Shown here: positions 56,901-64,000 of the stretch, piece by piece
Numbering within the stretch: position 1 is the stretch's first letter
Layout: each line of letters starts with the position of its first letter
Source: Paramecium tetraurelia
Taxonomy: Eukaryota
Assembly: GCA_000165425.1 (NCBI GenBank)
Contig: CT868052.1
Coordinates: 558,001 to 622,000 of the forward strand
DNA length: 64,000 bases
Direction: 5' to 3'
The notes under the pieces: model-generated
Told to the model about the DNA's origin: nothing
What the model saw: the letters and a program-made list of their open reading frames with translations, nothing else
Databases searched by the model: none
Program-made: the position numbers and the translations under genes

Positions 56901-58741
56901 ACGTCTGGTTCGGATACAGTTGGCCAAAGAGAGCTGCTTCAGGAGTTGTCAAATTCCCAACAGAAACTGCTGTTGTTCCTTATGAAAATGTCCTACATAT
57001 GGTACCTAAATACTTAGCTATGTTTGTTGGTTCAGATGGTATGTTAGGAGGATGGGAAGGTCCAATTAGAAAGGTTGGAGCAGTCTTTGGAAAAGGAGCT
57101 TATATTGATACCAAGAAAGGCAACTTCGAATCCCTTTTACCAGAAGTCCAAAGTTTAGTTATCAAGAAGACTCAATGGAAACCAGAAAAGGAGGGTTTGG
57201 TCTATGTTCCACAAGGCGAACAATTTGATAAACCAGGATTTGATGTCACATTCAAGGAAGAAGTCGGTGGTGTAAGTGAATATGGTTATGGATTGTGGAC
57301 AAGATGGTTGATGACTACTCCTTAAAGAGTTAATGATAAATCACCATTCCATCAACTTGTTAGATTGACAAATACTGAAAAATATGAAGATAATGCCGAA
57401 TTTGGAAATAGAATCTTGGCTACTTGGGTCGGTAAAGGATATTATCATTTCACCACTTATGACAAGAAGACAAGCAAGATTTCAATAGCTCAAAACATTA
57501 ACTATGATGATTATCTTGAAGGCCATTGGAATTATGTTTATTATTCATTCACTTCCAAAGATCAACCAAGAGCTGTTGGTTTTGTACTCTTCGGAGATTT
57601 ACCTGAAAACCCTGTTGGAAGAATTGAATTCATAGATCTTCAACATATGCCTTTGAATGGTTACGCAAGAGTTGTTGTTGCCAATAATGAATTTGGATAC
57701 CCTGCCTTCAATGGTATGATCTCAGATTTCAGAGTCAATTTCGGACAAGGATTTGTTGGATCCAAGGAATAATTCCTCAAAGACATCATCTAAGCTTATC
57801 CAAAACCAAATATCAAAGTTCCATAAAGAACCGATGTCAATGTTCTAAGAGAATAAAAGAACTTTGAAAAGGATGATCCTAATCCAATTAAGAATTAATA
57901 TGATCAATATTAAGGTGTCCTTGAATATGCAGTTTCTGGTTGGTTATAAGCCAAGAAGGGAAGCAGTGAAGAAACTGTTAAATCAATATTCAGATTGACC
58001 ATCAACGCTCCAGGATACTAGAAGGATGCAACCAATGCTGGTGATAGAACCTTAGCTGGATTCTAATCTAAGGACTCATTCATTCTCTCCACTTATGATT
58101 ATGGAAATCTTGATACCAATGATGATGATCAAAACGATTTAAATACCAAATTCTAGATCAAAGAAAACTAAGGAGAGTGGGTTTATCTCTACTTTGGATA
58201 TTCCTCTAAGTTTAGAAAAGGATTTGCATATGCCTTATATCTAAATAGAGAAGATAGTTTCTAATTCAACGGACTTAAACACTTTGTTCCAAACAAATTC
58301 TGGTTCTACTTAGGAGCAGATGGCTTCAATCAACCATTCGAAGGAGCAATGTTTAACTGGAATCTTCATATTGGTGATGGCTCATTCAATATCAAACCTA
58401 AATCATAAATTGAATTATGGCCATATGAACCAAAAGAACCAATCGATCAAGTACTCTCAGTACTTTTGGGCAACTAAGGATTGAGCTCAATTAAATTAAC
58501 AAGAAATGTTCCATAATCTGGAACTGTAGAAAAAGTTGCTGGTCCTGCATCAGGAAAAGTTGAAGTTGGAACTGGACCTAAATCAGGTTAAGTAAGTTCC
58601 GCTGATGGACCTAAATCTGGTTAAGTTGACTCCGCTAATAAACCTAAATCAGGATAAGTTGATAAACTTGAGGGAGCTAAATCAGGAGAAACTCAACCAG
58701 GTGCCAAACCATAGTCAGGCGATTAAGTAGTAAACAAATGA
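35981..58741 (+). CDS. Giant (~7,550 aa) putatively secreted protein: signal peptide, Cys-containing helical N-domain, 34 tandem LamG/ConA-like domains (17 A+B pairs), 11-aa repeat tail; ~11 apparent extra bases
   Basis: Starts MKKSSLILLLFLICSLQA. Introns at 36033-36059, 36294-36316 and 36562-36587, then one ~22.15-kb exon ending at TGA 58739-58741. The repeats let the frame be followed across the single-base insertions. 22761 nt minus 76 nt of introns minus 11 extra nt gives 7558 codons. The fold assignment is inferred from the motif pattern, not from a search. Confidence 0.85.
36891..58400 (+). repeat. Coding tandem repeat: 17 units of ~1,275 nt, each made of two related ~210-aa modules
   Basis: A-module (EYGYGFW.R) starts: 36891, 38194, 39482, 40747, 42016, 43285, 44557, 45829, 47092, 48377, 49649, 50927, 52184, 53497, 54755, 56009, 57278. 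A B-module (EYA.SGW.KW) starts ~620-650 nt after each A-module. Confidence 0.95.
58511..58738 (+). repeat. Seven 33-nt (11-aa) PxSG repeats at the C-terminus of the giant protein
   Basis: PQSGTVEKVAG / PASGKVEVGTG / PKSGQVSSADG / PKSGQVDSANK / PKSGQVDKLEG / AKSGETQPGAK / PQSGDQVVNK. Confidence 0.85.
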
Positions 58742-58911
58742 GCTTGATATTACATATACACAAAAATAATAAAACATTCATCATTATATTATTTCCATTC
58801 TTTTCATTATAAAAAACATTTAAATTTCAAATGGTATGTTGGATAAGGATCAGAAATTCAACCCTACTTTTTAAGTCATTTTAATTAAATACTTAAAATA
58901 ACTTTATTTTA

Positions 58912-60854
58912 ATGATTTACGAAGAACAACAACTCTCTAAAATAGAACATCTCTATTCAAATTACAAAGATAACGTATCAACCTAATAGGATACTAAATT
59001 ATCCTTTCTTCTTTAAGGTTACAATGAAAAAGTGATAAAAGGATAATAGATTGTAATAGAAACACATTTAATCGATTACTATCATACTTAATTAGCCTTA
59101 CTAATAGGGAATGCAGCAATTTCTTTAAAAAAATAATTATGTAAATATATAGATTAATATTTTTAGAAGAACAAGGAAGTGATGATGTTAAATCTATGGT
59201 TCTTTTACTTGTAAAATGGAAACTAAGCTTTCTTGAAAAATATTAAAGTTACGTTGTTGTCATACTTGAGTGTGAATTTTTGGGATATAAAGACATTTCT
59301 TTAGATCTTAGTACCTTCAACCCAGATGTTCATTTAAGTGAAACAAAAAAAATAAAATATACAATTCTCAAAACTAATTTAAACAAACCTCCACAATAAG
59401 TAGAACCTTAACCACTTAAGAAAGTCAAGATAGAAAACTTTGTCTTTTCTAAACCAATTGAAAACTCAATAATATTTGATGAAAATTTGATTAACTAATC
59501 TATCACTATGAATAAAAGTTATCTTAAATACTTCTAGGATTAATAGACTATTTCAGAATTATTAGTAAACAAAAAGAAATCTTGGGTTTTGGAAGGAAGA
59601 ATTGTTGACAAAAGTGACATGCTCGAATTTAAGAAAAAAAACTCAAATGTTCTATCTCAATATTTTAAGATTATCATTTTGGATAGAGAACAAGGGATTA
59701 TACCTGGATTATTTTATGATAAATCCAACCTTAAAATGTTTCCTATCCTAGAAAAAGGAAAAGTATATTTGTTTAAAAATGGAAGTGTATCTAAAGATAA
59801 TTCAAATTATCCAAAATCCATAACATTTACCTAATTTTCTATAATCTAAGAATCAGAAAATGATGATCTTCCAAAAATTCCAATGATTTCACCTAAAAAA
59901 ATATATGATTTATAAGGTCAACCAATAGACTCAATAGTTGATCTAGTTGTAGTAATACAAGTAAAATATTAATATAAATAATATAGGAAATTAAGACTTT
60001 GTCAGATGTTTGCCGATAATTAACTGTCTTGGATTAGACTGGAAGGATTGTAATAAAATTAATGGGTAAATAGTATGTAACTTAAATATTCAAAAAAGGC
60101 GAAATTATTATCTGTAAAGGTTTGACCTATAAAACCTAACAAAATTTTGCATATCTTACTTCTAATTATAACACTATCATTTTAAATGATCAGGATTACA
60201 ACAATGAGTAATCATTTAATTAATTTTAGAGTTAAATCCTTAAGGGATTGGTTGTAAGAAAAAGATATAGATCACATAATGAAGCCTAGTAAAAATTGTT
60301 TAAAGGTTAATTTAGAATAATTGGAAGAATGTGTATTAAAGAAATTGAATGAAGGTAAAAGTAAAAATAATGAATAAATGATTGTAATCGGATATTTAAC
60401 AGGAATGTCAATTTTTACTTACCCTAGATGTCCAAGTAATCGATGTCATTCAAAAATGGAAAAAGTTCCATAGAGGGATACTTATAGATGTAAGAAGTGC
60501 TATGTGGAAAATAATTCTCCATAAATGAGTTTTATAATGAATGTTACAATTATGGATGAACATACTAAAATTGAAGCTACTGTATTTGATGATTATGCAG
60601 TTAAATTGCTGGGATTATCTGCTGATGAGTACTAAAAATTAACAGAATAAGAACAAAGGATGATTTTGTACATATCCAAATTCAGATAATAACAAATAAA
60701 ACTTTAAGTACTCTTTAACGATTACAACGGATCTATAAGGCCATAATATAAAGTAGTAGAAATCACTGATATCGATTACAAGGAATTAGCTGATGAAGAA
60801 ATGAAAAACTTTGAAGAACTTGATTATTTATTAAATGTTTCATAAATTATATGA
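58912..60854 (+). CDS. Divergent RPA1 (RPA70)-like OB-fold ssDNA-binding protein (~622 aa)
   Basis: OB-A-like WVLEGRIVDKSD...YFKIIILD...LEKGKVYLFKNGSV; OB-B-like SIVDLVVVI; C-terminal Zn-ribbon OB FTYPRCPSNRCHSKM...YRCKKC...MNVTIMDEHTKIEATVFDDYAVKLLGLSADE. Three introns (26, 26, 22 nt) give 623 codons including the stop. Confidence 0.85.
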
Positions 60855-60915
60855 GTAGTTAGAAATTTCATTTAAATTCTTTATAAACATTTTGTAAACA
60901 ACAAAATAATTCGAA

Positions 60916-63900
60916 ATGCAATTCCATTTAGAAACTGAAAATAACTTAATAATAAGTGATTTTAGACCTGAGGATTGTATAGATTTTCTTTCGATGGAAT
61001 CTATTTCCGACGTTGGGATTTAATTTCCAAAACCACAAAATACAAAATATAATGTTGAGCCTCCTCCTAATTCAAAAGACTTAAAAGAAAAAGTAATACT
61101 TTCTCCATTATCGCCTAATTTTGAAGGACTCAAAGATTATGAACAATAAATTTTGCTCCCTTCATAAAATCTAACTTAAAGACCAATTTAACAAAAGTCG
61201 TCAATAAAATTGATTAATAACAACCATAAGTAATAAACGAATTTTAGTGGAAGTTTCATGAAGTATTTTCATACTAGAAGATTTGTAAACAGAATATTGA
61301 GAAATAAACATATGTTTCATAAGTTACAACCAATACATTTAGAGATAATTAATGATGCTTCTTCGCATTATGATACTGAGATATTTGGCCAGAAATCTCA
61401 TTCCTTCAAACCTCTTGGATTAATGAAGACTTTGCATTTATCAATATCACCCAGTCTAACCAAAAAAATCATTTCTAAATACAGATAGATGTCAAATTTC
61501 GTTTTGAGCAAACTTTAATAAATATTACACTAAATTCCAGTAATTCAACCTGAAAATAAGGGAAGAATTATTTGGGATGTTGTTCTTTCCATTACTCGAT
61601 TATATTTTATTATCCTTATTCCAATTGATATGGTATTTGAAGAGAGATTGTTATATTCTGATAAACTAATAATAGTTACAACTCTATAAACTTTTTTATT
61701 GATTTTAGACATGTTTATCAATTTTAATACTGCTTATTATTAGTTTGGGTAGATAGTTTCAGAAAGATCAAAAATAATCCACCATAATTTTAGCAAGGGA
61801 TATGGATTAGATGCATTTTCTGTGATCTTTTTAATTTGTTTATTGTTTGTTGATTGGGACTAAATCGGAGATTATGAACCCTTTGTATTTATTGGATTAT
61901 TATCATTTACTGTTTAATACTAAAATATAACCAAATTAACTCGAATTTTTGAAGAAGTTTTGAATCTAAATAAAATTTAAGCTGGTTTCTTGGAATTAGC
62001 AAAATTAATCACATTGTTATTATATATTTTGCATATTTCTGCTTGTATCTGGATTGGGGTATTTATTAGTGCTTATAGTAGTGTGGCAGAATAAGTTCTT
62101 CTGTAACTAATGGTACTAGTTGGATGGTGAAGGAATAGGTACTTAATGAGCAATGGATAGTTTAATATTTGAGATCATTTTATTTCTGCACTGTGACTAT
62201 GTTTACTGTTGGATATGGCGATTTAACTCCTTAATGTAGAGTATCGTATTATCTTTAGCTAATTTAGAATATGTGACATGCATCATATTTATCATGATTT
62301 TTAGTATCCAATTACCATATAGTGTAAATACTGTAGGAGCTATTATTGATGAAATTTCTAAATATAGCGAATAAAAATTGTAGAAGCTACGCATAATTAA
62401 TACATATATGGCTAAAAAGAAGATCACCTATGAATTGTAGGTCAAAATTCGATAATATTTAGCATATTATTGGGAATGTCAAAATACATAACTTTCTCAA
62501 GAGGTCAAAGGAATTTTGGAGTAATTATCAGAAAATCTTAGAGATTCTTTAATGTTAGAAGCCAACTCAATTATATTAAATAGTTGTGATATGTTTTCGA
62601 AGTTTCTTTCTCCTGGCTTTACAAAAGCTTTAGTTAACAAGATTAGATATTTGGATGTTCAGCCTGAAAATATAGTTGATTTTGCGGATTAGCCTGACTC
62701 ATATCAAAATTATTATTTAGCTTTCATTGAAATTGGAACAATTCAAGTTATTCAAGATTAAAATAATTGTAAAAATGATTCATATATTAAACAACTTAGT
62801 TCTGGTTAAGTATTTGGTTTATATGAATTTATAACTGGAACATAATGTAATGAGTTTTATAAAAGCAAAGGATTTACTAAATTATTGGTATTACCAAGAA
62901 ATCAATTTTTAAAAATATTGAGAGATTTTCCAGAAGATAAAGAAAAATATTGTTAAATAAGAGATGATTTACTTTACAATAACGGCGAACAATTTCTGAG
63001 AGATATTGGAGTATAATGTTACATGTGTAATTCAAGGGATCATATAACCAAATTCTGTCCTATGGTACATTATTGTGCAGATAAGGAAAAGATAATTAAA
63101 TCTCAAACATATATCATAAAATAACCTAGAGTAAAGCAAAAAAGAAAAGTTAGGAGAAGTTAATTTAATGGAAAGAGTGACCAAAAAATAATTATGGAAA
63201 TAGCCTAATATTTTAAGGAAGACTTTTGGAAATAATGCTAGTATTATGAAATTAATGATATTGACTTAGAACAGTAACAATCCCCTCAATATAGTATCAC
63301 ATCAGATGAAATCAAAGAAAATATCAAATCAACTCCATAATTACATATAACTAAGACATCCTAAGTTATATAAAACAAGCACATCAAATAATAGAGAATA
63401 GGATTGTTAAATGAAATACACCAATCCAGGAGAGCTGCTAGATAGAATACGATATCTCCATTAATGAAATTTTCAACCAATTAATAAATCGCAGATTAAT
63501 ATTCTTAAAACGAAATGAAAGTAATACCCAGAGCACATTCTTCTTTAATAGAAAATGTCAGTTAATAAGAAAGTCAGATCACCCCTGAAAAACAAGAGGA
63601 AGAGGATGGAACAGCCTAGAAAAGTAATCAGCAAATAGTCCCAATTAAGGTCGAGTAATTTTAGACCAAAAAGAGATGTATGCCATAGCCTTAATAATCT
63701 TAATTCACAAAACGATTAAAAAACCTAAAAATAGAAATTGAAAAGGATCCTTAGAAGAAAATGAGTTTATTTACTACTACAGATTTAGAACTTTAAGAGA
63801 ATTGTTCAGCCTTAGAATAAAGAATAATATAACTAAAATAATTTCAGGAGCAAGAGACAACAGTAGTTTAATTATAAAATTTGTCTATTCTAATTTAAAA

Positions 63901-64000
63901 TTAATTGAATGATAAATTCATGTGCTTAGAAAACTTTGACTTACAAAAAGATTTTCAATTCTATTTACATCATAATAACTTTACTTAATTAGAAGTAAGT
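60916..64000 (+). CDS. Second cyclic-nucleotide-binding-domain K+ channel; 3' end outside the window
   Basis: S1 GRIIWDVV; FNTAYYQFG; pore TVTMFTVGYGDLTP near 62190-62230; C-linker KIRQYLAYYW...QLSENLRDSL; cNMP-type GQVFGLYEF; CYMCNSRDHITKFCP; ends FDLQKDFQFYLHHNN. Confidence 0.9.

Noticed and set aside
36891..58400. CRISPR array, satellite or transposon array as an explanation of the ~1.27-kb periodicity
   Set aside because: Units are protein-coding and diverge mostly at third codon positions; there are no short identical repeats with unique spacers, no terminal repeats and no transposase motifs.
35981..58741. Paramecium variable surface antigen (i-antigen)
   Set aside because: It lacks the periodic Cys pattern, Thr/Ala richness and C-terminal GPI signal of that family.
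1..64000. Telomeric repeats, retained IESs, tRNA/rRNA genes
   Set aside because: No G3-4T2-3 tandem arrays, no TA-bounded insertions interrupting conserved genes, and no cloverleaf or rRNA-like GC-rich segments were seen by eye. A covariance-model scan was not possible.

Overview
AT-rich, gene-dense ciliate DNA, very probably Paramecium macronuclear sequence. TAA/TAG read as Gln, TGA is the only stop, introns are 22-28 nt GT..AG, and a trichocyst matrix protein gene is present. The supplied ORF track uses the wrong genetic code, so genes were re-read by hand with code 6. In order: 3' end of a START-domain gene; a cyclic-nucleotide-binding-domain K+ channel; a small RING+PHD protein; an intact pentafunctional AROM (shikimate pathway) gene head-to-head with a T4-type trichocyst matrix protein gene; a WD40 protein; a p24/GOLD protein; an orphan type-I membrane protein; two small hypotheticals; VPS11 head-to-head with VPS13; a Fused/STK36 kinase; a ~22.8 kb gene for a ~7,550-aa putatively secreted protein; a divergent RPA1-like protein; and a second K+ channel truncated by the window end. 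The giant protein is the most striking feature. It has 17 tandem A+B pairs (34 copies) of a LamG/ConA-like domain, a homogenised core with a conversion-like tract between non-adjacent units, and an 11-aa repeat tail. About 15 extra bases (insertions only, no deletions) break the giant gene, T4 and the WD40 gene, most likely as sequencing errors. No RNA genes, CRISPR, telomeres or mobile elements were recognised.
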